Positions 1-7,582 of a stretch of DNA of 56,305 nt are shown here, in pieces (position 1 is the first letter of the stretch; every line of letters begins with the position of its first letter). The notes beneath the pieces are model-generated. The model ran no database searches. It was not told the DNA's origin and saw nothing but the letters and a program-made list of their open reading frames with translations. Position numbers and translations under genes: made by a program. Source of the DNA: a virus (lineage: Duplodnaviria; Caudoviricetes). Location: the IMG/VR virus record IMGVR_UViG_3300028326_000005, positions 1 through 56,305 of that record; one strand, given 5' to 3'.

Positions 1-44
1 AGAAAGAACGCTGGGAAACGGCCTTTGACCGGCGTGACATTTAG

Positions 45-70
45 CGCGAAAAATACAAACAATATTATGG
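45..70 (+). promoter_or_regulatory. Phage promoter-like motif copy 1
   Basis: CGCG AAAAATACAAACAATATT ATGG; 18 nt between CGCG and ATG, same as seven other intergenic copies. Confidence 0.8.
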
Positions 71-109
71 AGAACAAACAATCCTATAAATTGAATGGAG
101 TGTTTTCGT

Positions 110-310
110 ATGAAATCAGTGCTAAGAATCATGGTGCTAATTATTTCGAATCTGTTGACGCTGCCGTTCCAACTCGTTGTCGTGGCGATAATATGTTTAA
201 CGAGTTGGACGAACGACGAACAGAAAGAACTGGTTGACGAATGTGAAGAGACTTTGAACGTAACAAAACACTGGATAAAAACAGGACGGTTTGAAGAACC
301 AGAGGACTGA
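110..310 (+). CDS. Small membrane protein (cassette 1)
   Basis: GGAG RBS, ATG at 110, hydrophobic N-terminal half, followed by a terminator. Confidence 0.65.
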   Translation: MKSVLRIMVLIISNLLTLPFQLVVVAIICLTSWTNDEQKELVDECEETLNVTKHWIKTGRFEEPED

Positions 311-339
311 GCCCCGCAAGGGCTCTTTCCTTTTTATTT
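309..339 (+). terminator. Intrinsic terminator
   Basis: GAGCCC-CGCAA-GGGCTC then TTTCCTTTTTATTT. Confidence 0.8.
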
Positions 340-365
340 CGCGAAAAAAACACATCCCTTTATGG
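340..365 (+). promoter_or_regulatory. Phage promoter-like motif copy 2
   Basis: CGCG AAAAAAACACATCCCTTT ATGG. Confidence 0.8.
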
Positions 366-403
366 ATGAGAATGAAACTTGACATTGAAGGGAGGAACAT
401 ATT

Positions 404-538
404 GTGGCTTTCTTGAGTACGATATTTTTTGGATTCCTTGGGGTATGTGCCATCGTGGCGTGCGTCAGGAGCGGGAAACTATTGATTAAAGGAATCAACA
501 ATCTGTTTGACAAGATTGACAGCAAGTTTATTCACTGA
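404..538 (+). CDS. 44-aa membrane protein (cassette 2), absent from the ORF track
   Basis: GGGAGG RBS, GTG start, MAFLSTIFFGFLGVCAIVACVRSGKLL...KFIH*. Confidence 0.65.
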   Translation: MAFLSTIFFGFLGVCAIVACVRSGKLLIKGINNLFDKIDSKFIH

Positions 539-544
539 CTGAAA

Positions 545-580
545 GGGAGGGCCAAATGCATTGGCTCTTCCTTTTTTATT
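545..580 (+). terminator. Intrinsic terminator
   Basis: GGAGGGCCAA-ATGCA-TTGGCTCTTCC then TTTTTTATT. Confidence 0.75.
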
Positions 581-599
581 AGGGAAAGGGGCAGCACGT

Positions 600-1037
600 A
601 TGTTTCGAAAAATGGTTGAGACCATTATCGGAGGGGCAATCGGATTGGTAACGCTGTATGTTGTGGCCAAAGTGGCTTATGAGGCCGGGCATGATATGGC
701 AGAAGCAGAACACCGGTATGAAGAAATGTCAGACAGTAAACCGGAGGATAACGTTTCTGGCGGTGCGGAAGTACCGGAACCGGATGGGGCTGAATCGGAA
801 AGCGGCGACCCGATCAACCGAAACAGCAAGAAGATGAATAAAATCGGTCTGTTTCTGAGCGCCAGCAAGTTGTTCCGAAAGGGGAAAAGAGGTTCCATTC
901 TTGGCGATTTGATGAAGGATCCGGAAGACCATCAACTGGAGGCGTACGTACACGAGGGGGAGGTGCATATCAACATTAAAAAACGAAGATCCGTTACAAA
1001 AAACTTGTGCAAACAACCTCAAATCTGTGCGACCTGA
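600..1037 (+). CDS. Hypothetical protein with N-terminal membrane anchor
   Basis: ORF; TIIGGAIGLVTLYVVAKVAY hydrophobic segment; probable start ATG 600. Confidence 0.65.
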   Translation: MFRKMVETIIGGAIGLVTLYVVAKVAYEAGHDMAEAEHRYEEMSDSKPEDNVSGGAEVPEPDGAESESGDPINRNSKKMNKIGLFLSASKLFRKGKRGSILGDLMKDPEDHQLEAYVHEGEVHINIKKRRSVTKNLCKQPQICAT

Positions 1038-1052
1038 CGAAAGGAGAAACCA

Positions 1053-1835
1053 ATGAGTATTATCCGATGGGTAAAACGACATTCCCCGACCCTGTTGGCA
1101 ACGGTTGGCGCTATTGGGACCATTGTAACGGCGATACTGTCTGCGAAGGCGACGCCGGGCGCCCTGATGGCTGTATATCAGGCGGAGGGGGAAACTGGTG
1201 AGAAACTGTCAGTAAGGGAAAAAGTGAAGGCAGCGGCACCTCACTATATTCCAACAGCAATCGCCGGAGTGTCTACCATTGCCTGCATTTTCGGGGGAAA
1301 CGCAATCAGCCGGCAAATGCAGACAACGTTACTGAGCGCCTATACGCTGTTAGACAGCGCCTACAAAGAATACCGGGACCAGGTGACCGGAATCATAGGC
1401 CCGCAGGCCAACCGGATTGTCGAAAAAGCGATGGCCGAATACAAGGAAAATCCTCATTATGCGTTGGATGAGCCTCAGACCTTTTACGAAGAGCATTACG
1501 GAAAGTTCTTCGAACGGACAAAAGAAGAGGTTTTAAGGGCCGAGTATCTCATTAACCGGAACCTTGTGCTGAAAGACTCGGTTACACTGAACGAATTCTA
1601 CGATTTCCTAGGGCTTGAACATGTTCCGACCGGAGACGATCTGGGTTGGAACAAGTACGATGGGGAAGTGTATTGGGGGTATCGGTGGATTGATTTCGCC
1701 CACCAATACAAAGAAATGGACGATGGGCTGACGGTGTGCATCATTGATATGTCATTCCGTCCGCATCTGCCGGAGGAAGAAGGCCCGCAGGATGATCCGC
1801 CCGAATTTCTACAGACACTTCAGAACCCTGAGTAA
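1053..1835 (+). CDS. DUF6353-like phage membrane protein, paralogue 1
   Basis: HSPTLLATVGAIG...KATP...YIPTAI...LNEFYDFLGL...LGW pattern shared with 2468 and 5165 ORFs. Confidence 0.8.
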   Translation: MSIIRWVKRHSPTLLATVGAIGTIVTAILSAKATPGALMAVYQAEGETGEKLSVREKVKAAAPHYIPTAIAGVSTIACIFGGNAISRQMQTTLLSAYTLLDSAYKEYRDQVTGIIGPQANRIVEKAMAEYKENPHYALDEPQTFYEEHYGKFFERTKEEVLRAEYLINRNLVLKDSVTLNEFYDFLGLEHVPTGDDLGWNKYDGEVYWGYRWIDFAHQYKEMDDGLTVCIIDMSFRPHLPEEEGPQDDPPEFLQTLQNPE

Positions 1836-1839
1836 AATC

Positions 1840-1865
1840 CGCGAAATATTCAGTTCCTATAATGG
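1840..1865 (+). promoter_or_regulatory. Phage promoter-like motif copy 3
   Basis: CGCG AAATATTCAGTTCCTATA ATGG. Confidence 0.8.
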
Positions 1866-1882
1866 AGAAGGAGGTGACTGCT

Positions 1883-2029
1883 TTGAGTGGATCCGTTGTG
1901 AAAATTCTGGGAATTGTCGCGACAGTCGTCGGCATTGGCGCAAATGTGCTGAGTGAAGTGATCAGCGACAAGAAAACAGATGCAAAAATCGAGGAAAAAG
2001 TTCAAAAGGCACTTTCGAAAAAACAGTAA
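1883..2029 (+). CDS. 48-aa membrane protein (cassette 3), absent from the ORF track
   Basis: AAGGAGGTGA RBS, TTG start, MSGSVVKILGIVATVVGIGANVLSEV...KKQ*. Confidence 0.7.
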   Translation: MSGSVVKILGIVATVVGIGANVLSEVISDKKTDAKIEEKVQKALSKKQ

Positions 2030-2037
2030 GAAGGCAG

Positions 2038-2064
2038 GAGCCCCACAAGGGCTCTTTCCTTTTT
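2038..2064 (+). terminator. Intrinsic terminator
   Basis: GAGCCC-CACAA-GGGCTC then TTTCCTTTTT. Confidence 0.8.
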
Positions 2065-2083
2065 GCGGAAAGAGGGGGAGGAC

Positions 2084-2455
2084 ATGACACGGGAAGAGTA
2101 CGAGTTCGAACAATGTGTCGCTGATGCGACGAAGCGTTTTCACGATCGAACCGGAAAGTATCCGACAAAGGAATTCGTACTTAAGACGATTCGGGATCAG
2201 CGAAATACCGGACGGTTCTCCCCAAGCCATTTCACAGGAACGAACGGAATACAAAAGCAGACCTATATCTGGTTTGCCTACTCCGAAACGATCCGAAGGA
2301 TTCGTGAAAACCCCGATCCGGATCCGATCCGGATCATCTACAAATTCTATTACTACATGGATGACACTATTGGGAACAATGATAATCCTTGTATCTGGCC
2401 GTTTCTTGGAACAATGCAGGACGCGGTGCATAAGATATTAGATCTGTTGCGCTGA
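2084..2455 (+). CDS. Hypothetical phage protein
   Basis: GGAGG RBS before ATG 2084; ORF fills the gap. Confidence 0.65.
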   Translation: MTREEYEFEQCVADATKRFHDRTGKYPTKEFVLKTIRDQRNTGRFSPSHFTGTNGIQKQTYIWFAYSETIRRIRENPDPDPIRIIYKFYYYMDDTIGNNDNPCIWPFLGTMQDAVHKILDLLR

Positions 2456-2467
2456 AAGGAGAAACGA

Positions 2468-3238
2468 ATGGGTAAACCAAACTTGCATGGCATAATTCAA
2501 ATGATAAAGGGAGTACTGTTCAAACACAGTTCCGAAATACTGACCGGTGCCGGGATTGCCGGGATGGTTACGACAACGGTACTCGCGGTAAAGGCGACGC
2601 CCGCCGCGATGAAACAGATCCAGAACCGGAAAAGCGAAATGGAAACGGATAAACTGCCGGCTATTGAAACAGTAAAGGCTGCATGGAAATGCTATGTTCC
2701 AGCAACGGTTACCGGGGTGTTGTCCACGGTTTGCCTTATCGGTGGATGTACTGTCAGCAACCGGAGAAACGCAGCACTGGCAACGGCCTACGGCTTGTCA
2801 GAAACAGCGCTGAAAGAGTACCGGGACAAAGTTGTGGAGGTCGTCGGTGAAAAGAAGGAGCAGACCATCCGGGACGAAGTGGCAAAGGAAAAAATCGCGA
2901 AAAACCCGGTAAGCAATCGGGAGATTGTCATGACCGACAATGGCGGAACTCTGTGTTTTGACGACGTATCCGGACGATATTTTTATTCGGATATTGAACA
3001 GCTTCGAAAAGCCGAGAACAACATCAACCGTCGGCTGCGGGACGAAATGACGGTTTCCCTGAACGAGTTCTATGACGAGATCGGCCTCGGGCACATCGGG
3101 GTCGGGGATGACCTTGGCTGGTGCATGGACAAGGGATATCTGGAACTGTATTTCAGCGCCCAATTGGCGGAAGACGGCCGTACCCCGTGCCTGGTGATGT
3201 CCTATTCTGTGGTGCCGGAGTATGATTACCGGCGGTGA
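2468..3238 (+). CDS. DUF6353-like phage membrane protein, paralogue 2
   Basis: HSSEILTGAGIAG...KATP...YVPATV...SLNEFYDEIGL...LGW. Confidence 0.82.
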   Translation: MGKPNLHGIIQMIKGVLFKHSSEILTGAGIAGMVTTTVLAVKATPAAMKQIQNRKSEMETDKLPAIETVKAAWKCYVPATVTGVLSTVCLIGGCTVSNRRNAALATAYGLSETALKEYRDKVVEVVGEKKEQTIRDEVAKEKIAKNPVSNREIVMTDNGGTLCFDDVSGRYFYSDIEQLRKAENNINRRLRDEMTVSLNEFYDEIGLGHIGVGDDLGWCMDKGYLELYFSAQLAEDGRTPCLVMSYSVVPEYDYRR

Positions 3239-3264
3239 CGCGAAAAAAACAAGGTCTGTAATGG
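3239..3264 (+). promoter_or_regulatory. Phage promoter-like motif copy 4
   Basis: CGCG AAAAAAACAAGGTCTGTA ATGG. Confidence 0.8.
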
Positions 3265-3296
3265 AGAACTACCTATAAAATGAGGAGGATACAAAG

Positions 3297-3515
3297 ATGG
3301 AAATGGACACTGTTGTTAATGAAACGGTTGCTGAGGAAATTGCTGATTCTGGTTCTACTGGTATGAAAACGGCGGCTATGGTGGGTGTGTCGATGACAAT
3401 TGGAGCAGTGCTCTGGGATTGCGTCGTCAAACCCGTTGGGCGCCGGGCCATTACCTGGATCCGGGATCGCAGGCAGAGCAAACGTGCGAAGAACGGTGAC
3501 GATGTCATCAAATGA
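3297..3515 (+). CDS. Small single-TM protein (cassette 4)
   Basis: GAGGAGG RBS; acidic N-terminus, TM segment, basic C-terminus. Confidence 0.7.
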   Translation: MEMDTVVNETVAEEIADSGSTGMKTAAMVGVSMTIGAVLWDCVVKPVGRRAITWIRDRRQSKRAKNGDDVIK

Positions 3516-3540
3516 TCGACTGATCATTCAGGGGAACTCC

Positions 3541-3586
3541 AAAGAGCGAAAGTGTCTTTTACAGATGCTTTCGCTCTTTCTTTTTC
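3541..3586 (+). terminator. Intrinsic terminator
   Basis: AAAGAGCGAAAGTGTC-TTTTACA-GATGCTTTCGCTCTTT then CTTTTT. Confidence 0.8.
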
Positions 3587-3605
3587 CCGGGAAAGGAGGA
3601 TACAG

Positions 3606-4217
3606 ATGGACGAACTAAAACCGAATTCTCACCGTTTTAAGGAAGCGCAGCAGCTAGCCGACACGGCTGAGAAAAAAGTGGAGAAGGTAGTATCCGGACC
3701 TGTGAAATCCCGAAAAAGGAGCATATTTCAGGACGTTGCAGGAGAGTTTCTGTCCAAAGACGTAAGCAACATCAGAAATTACGTACTTGGGGACGTACTG
3801 ATCCCGGCGATCAAAAAAGCAGTAGACGATATCGTGACCAACGGCATCAAGATGATGCTCTACGGCGAAACCGGACGGAAAAAAGGAAGCACTTACGCTT
3901 CCAGTGTTTCATACCGCGGCTATTACGATAAGCAGCGTGAACAGGATGAACCGGTTGGCCAAAGAGTTGTGAATGGGTACCGTTACGACGATATTACGTT
4001 TGCCACCAGGGGTGACGCGGAAAGCGTTCTGATGCGGATGGACGAACTGATTGATGTGTACGGATCGGCAAGCGTTGCTGATTTCTACGATCTGGCGGGG
4101 GTTACCGGTAATTACACCGATAATAAGTACGGTTGGATTGACTTGCAGTCAGCCACGGCAATTCGGATGCGGGACGGGTACATTATCAAATTCCCAAAAG
4201 TGATGCCCCTGAACTGA
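3606..4217 (+). CDS. Conserved phage protein (C-terminal SVADFYDLAG...YGW domain)
   Basis: AAGGAGG RBS before ATG 3606; clean ORF. Confidence 0.75.
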   Translation: MDELKPNSHRFKEAQQLADTAEKKVEKVVSGPVKSRKRSIFQDVAGEFLSKDVSNIRNYVLGDVLIPAIKKAVDDIVTNGIKMMLYGETGRKKGSTYASSVSYRGYYDKQREQDEPVGQRVVNGYRYDDITFATRGDAESVLMRMDELIDVYGSASVADFYDLAGVTGNYTDNKYGWIDLQSATAIRMRDGYIIKFPKVMPLN

Positions 4218-4231
4218 TGGAGGATGTGAAC

Positions 4232-4384
4232 ATGGCAGCATACCACACGCATTACTCAGCCTGGGCGCTGGAACGAGTCTGCAAATGGTTCGTACGCTAT
4301 ATTTTGCTGATGCCGGTATATCTGGTAATCTTGCCGGTAACAGCAATCGGGAACTGGCTTGGTGAAATGATCAGTCGGCTATAA
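4232..4384 (+). CDS. 50-aa membrane protein
   Basis: GGAGG RBS; MAAYHTHY...YILLMPVYLVILPVTAIG...RL*. Confidence 0.5.
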   Translation: MAAYHTHYSAWALERVCKWFVRYILLMPVYLVILPVTAIGNWLGEMISRL

Positions 4385-4413
4385 CCAAAAATAGAACAAG
4401 AGAGGGATACATT

Positions 4414-5136
4414 ATGAGCAGTGAATCGAGGATGGATCGTGTACAGGACAGTTCTGCCGATAACGTTTGCCGGTTCAAAAAACTGTGCACAGAAATTACC
4501 GATCTGTATGAAAAGAAGAACCACGATTACGGGGATTCCTTCCATAAAACGTATGTTGAAGAAGGCATGGCCATGCCCAGAATCCGACTGCATGATAAAC
4601 TTTCCCGGTTTGACACGCTGTCGCGGGGATCCGGGCAGCAGGTATCGGGCGAAGCGCTTCGGGACACGTTGATTGACCTGGCAAACTATGCCCTGATGAC
4701 TGTGATGGAACTGGATCGAGAGAAGATTGATGCCGATTCAGACGCGAAGGTAAATCCGGTTAAGATCGGGATTTGCTTCGATACAACGTTTGATGCAGAT
4801 CAAACTCTGCAAGCGATGGAAGCGGAAATCAATCGCAACGGATTTATAACGATCGCTGCCTTGAGTAACTATGTTGGTTTACACGACCTTGTTGGATCTG
4901 ACGGTCCTAACCCCAACTATCATGGCTGGACCGATCTTAAATCCGTACAGAAATGTCAAACTCTGGATGGAGCCATGGTTTATTTTCCTAGAGCAATATC
5001 TGTTGAGAGTCTCGTTCGCGCACAGCCTGTAACTACTTCGTCAAATACTTATCCCCAAAATTGCCGCCCTGTACCGGTCTTAGTATACACGGACGGCCAA
5101 CCTTTGCCGAAAAAAGACGATAAACCTCATTCCTGA
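4414..5136 (+). CDS. DUF1599 (nucleotide-modification-associated domain 1) fused to a copy of the upstream gene's C-terminal domain
   Basis: KKNHDYGDSF...RIRLHDKLSR...RDTLIDLANYALM; C-terminal half aligns by eye with the 3606..4217 C-terminus. Confidence 0.75.
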   Translation: MSSESRMDRVQDSSADNVCRFKKLCTEITDLYEKKNHDYGDSFHKTYVEEGMAMPRIRLHDKLSRFDTLSRGSGQQVSGEALRDTLIDLANYALMTVMELDREKIDADSDAKVNPVKIGICFDTTFDADQTLQAMEAEINRNGFITIAALSNYVGLHDLVGSDGPNPNYHGWTDLKSVQKCQTLDGAMVYFPRAISVESLVRAQPVTTSSNTYPQNCRPVPVLVYTDGQPLPKKDDKPHS

Positions 5137-5164
5137 CAAAAACAAAAAAAGGAGAACCGAATTT

Positions 5165-6100
5165 ATGAAAACAGAACTTACGTCCAAAATCAGCAACGCG
5201 GTTGCGAAAGCCGGTTATCAGCTGCGAAAGCAAAGTCCGAAAATCCTTATTTCTGGCGGCATCATCGGCGTTGTGGGTAGCGCGGTATTGGCGTGTATGG
5301 CTACGCTTAAAGTGAACCCGATCCTTGAGAAAACCCGCGATGATCTGACAATGGTGCGCGAAACCGCAACGCCGGAAGAAGAAAAGAAAGAACTGACGAT
5401 GGTGTATTTGCGTGCCGGGGTTCAGCTGGCCCAACTGTATCTGCCGGCGGTCGGCGTCGGGGCGCTGTCTCTTGCCGGGATTATCGGTGCCAACACCATC
5501 CTGAGCAAACGCAATGCCGCTATGGCCGCGGCCTATGCCGCCGTTTCCGGAGGGTTCAAGGAATATCGTGATCGTGTAGCGGAACGGTATGGAGCGGATG
5601 CGGAACAGGAACTCCGGTATGATATTCATACCGAGAAAATCGAGGAGACTGTGACCGGCGAAGACGGAAAAACCAAGAAGGTTAAAAAATCGGTGCAGGT
5701 GATTGGCGCCGATGGTGTCAGCGATTACGCCCGGTTTTTTGATACAAACACCTCCGAATATTGGATCGACGATCCGGACTACAACATGATGCTGCTGAAA
5801 GCGCAGCAAAGTCTGGCAAACAATCAGCTGAATACCAGAGGTTACGTGTTCTTAAACGACGTGTACGATATGCTCGGCATCGACCGGTCCCTGCCTGGAC
5901 AGATCGTTGGCTGGATGCGCGACGAAACGCGTGAGAAAGCCGACGATGATTGTAAAGGTGACGGTTACATTGATTTCGGGATCAGGGAAATGTACGTACA
6001 CAACGAACACGGCGAACTGGTGCCCACGATTTTCCTCGATTTCAATGTGGATGGCAACATCTGGGAAAGAGCAGTTCATAAAAATCTGATGACGGACTGA
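5165..6100 (+). CDS. DUF6353-like phage membrane protein, paralogue 3
   Basis: QSPKILISGGIIG...YLPAVG...FKEYRDRV...FLNDVYDMLG...VGW...LDFNVDG. Confidence 0.82.
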   Translation: MKTELTSKISNAVAKAGYQLRKQSPKILISGGIIGVVGSAVLACMATLKVNPILEKTRDDLTMVRETATPEEEKKELTMVYLRAGVQLAQLYLPAVGVGALSLAGIIGANTILSKRNAAMAAAYAAVSGGFKEYRDRVAERYGADAEQELRYDIHTEKIEETVTGEDGKTKKVKKSVQVIGADGVSDYARFFDTNTSEYWIDDPDYNMMLLKAQQSLANNQLNTRGYVFLNDVYDMLGIDRSLPGQIVGWMRDETREKADDDCKGDGYIDFGIREMYVHNEHGELVPTIFLDFNVDGNIWERAVHKNLMTD

Positions 6101-6140
6101 CGCAAAAGCGGCGTTGACTGCAAAGTAAGGAGGGAACACC

Positions 6141-6257
6141 ATGAAACACGGACGGGATTTCATCTCTTGTGTACTTGCCGTGGCGGCCAGTCTGTGTCTT
6201 GTTAGCGGAATCGCCATACTGGCAGGCGGAAAGGAGAGCAAACATGGATGCGATTAA
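6141..6257 (+). CDS. 38-aa membrane peptide
   Basis: AAGGAGG RBS; MKHGRDFISCVLAVAASLCLVSGIAILAGG... Confidence 0.55.
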   Translation: MKHGRDFISCVLAVAASLCLVSGIAILAGGKESKHGCD

Positions 6258-6399
6258 CAACGTTCTGGTTGCCCTGAATGACATACTGAACACAAGACGG
6301 AAACGGCATATTGCCGGCGGGCTGCTGCTGAGCGCGTCCCTCCTGTTCGGGGGACTAGCAGTAACAGTGATGACCATCAAAGACGGCAACGGCCAGTAA
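6244..6399 (+). CDS. Small membrane protein
   Basis: AAGGAG RBS before ATG 6244; RRKRHIAGGLLLSASLLFGGLAVTVMTI. Confidence 0.65.
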   Translation: MDAINNVLVALNDILNTRRKRHIAGGLLLSASLLFGGLAVTVMTIKDGNGQ

Positions 6400-6409
6400 G
6401 GAGCGGAGA

Positions 6410-6976
6410 ATGAGCAAAACGTTATGGGTATGCGCTGGTTTTGTGGCCGGCGGGGTGGCTGGATTTGTGGCTTCCAGGCAGTATTTCTGCGAGAAGTACC
6501 GCCAGATTGCGGAGGAGGAAATCGGATCGGTCAAGTCTGCTTTTCTGAAGTGCGATAAACCGGCGGCTCACGCAACGGAAAAACCACCGAAAAAAGAAGG
6601 CATCTCCAAGTACACCAATTATCAGCAGGCGCTTGGGTACGCGCCAAAAACGCCGGAACCGGAAGAAAAACCGGAGATACTGGAAACGGGACCCCGCGTG
6701 ATTGAGCCGGAACAATTCGGAGAGCATGATGACTATGAAAAAATTAGCCTGACCCTCTACAGCGACGGTACCCTGGCAGATGACGATGACCGAAAAATGA
6801 CCGACGACGAAATCAAAAATTCTGTTGGCGCAGACAGCCTGACCCATTTCGGCGAATACGAGGACGACTCGGTATATGTCCGGAATGAGGAACGGAAATG
6901 CGATTACGAGATCCTGCTAGATTCCCGGAACTACTCGGACGAACAAAAAAGAACCTTTAATATTCAGGAGGAGTAA
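6410..6976 (+). CDS. Membrane-anchored acidic phage protein
   Basis: N-terminal TM; acidic C-terminal domain (FGEYEDDSVYVRNE...DYEI). Confidence 0.75.
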   Translation: MSKTLWVCAGFVAGGVAGFVASRQYFCEKYRQIAEEEIGSVKSAFLKCDKPAAHATEKPPKKEGISKYTNYQQALGYAPKTPEPEEKPEILETGPRVIEPEQFGEHDDYEKISLTLYSDGTLADDDDRKMTDDEIKNSVGADSLTHFGEYEDDSVYVRNEERKCDYEILLDSRNYSDEQKRTFNIQEE

Positions 6977-7531
6977 ATGACAAAATTGAGGATGACCCAG
7001 GAGTATTTTGACTGGATGTGTCATCTCGTAGGCGAAAAAAAAGGTTCGCGAGGACGGTCCTGGCAAATGCTCTTGGGTTGCCTCAATGAGCATGACTTTG
7101 TGCCGATGCTCGACATGGACCAGAACCGGGCCGACGACGGGACTGACCTTCGATACCGATTTGCCTACGAAAAAGGATACACACGGTCTGCAATTGCCGC
7201 ATATCTGGACGACCGGCCCTGCAGTGTTCTGGAAATGATGGTAGCGCTCGCCGTTCGGTGCGAAGAACATATTATGGGCGACCCAGCCATGGGGGACCGC
7301 ACCGGGAAATGGTTTTGGGACATGATCGACAGTATAGGCTTATCGTCTATGGATGACAGCCGGTTTGACATTGAACCAGTAAACTGGATGATTGACCGGC
7401 TGAACCGAAAAACCTATAAACCTGACGGAACAGGTGGATTATTTACTGTAAAACAATGCTCCGATGATTTGCGAGAAATGGAGATCTGGTACCAGATGAT
7501 GCGGTACCTGAACAAGTACCTTGAAAACTAA
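6977..7531 (+). CDS. Conserved phage protein upstream of the primase
   Basis: DQNRADDG...CSVLEMMVALA...GGLF...EIWYQM; abuts previous stop. Confidence 0.75.
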   Translation: MTKLRMTQEYFDWMCHLVGEKKGSRGRSWQMLLGCLNEHDFVPMLDMDQNRADDGTDLRYRFAYEKGYTRSAIAAYLDDRPCSVLEMMVALAVRCEEHIMGDPAMGDRTGKWFWDMIDSIGLSSMDDSRFDIEPVNWMIDRLNRKTYKPDGTGGLFTVKQCSDDLREMEIWYQMMRYLNKYLEN

Positions 7532-7582
7532 AAAATTGCCGCCTTGTACCGGATGGCGCCAGGAAAGGAGCATGAAAAACGG

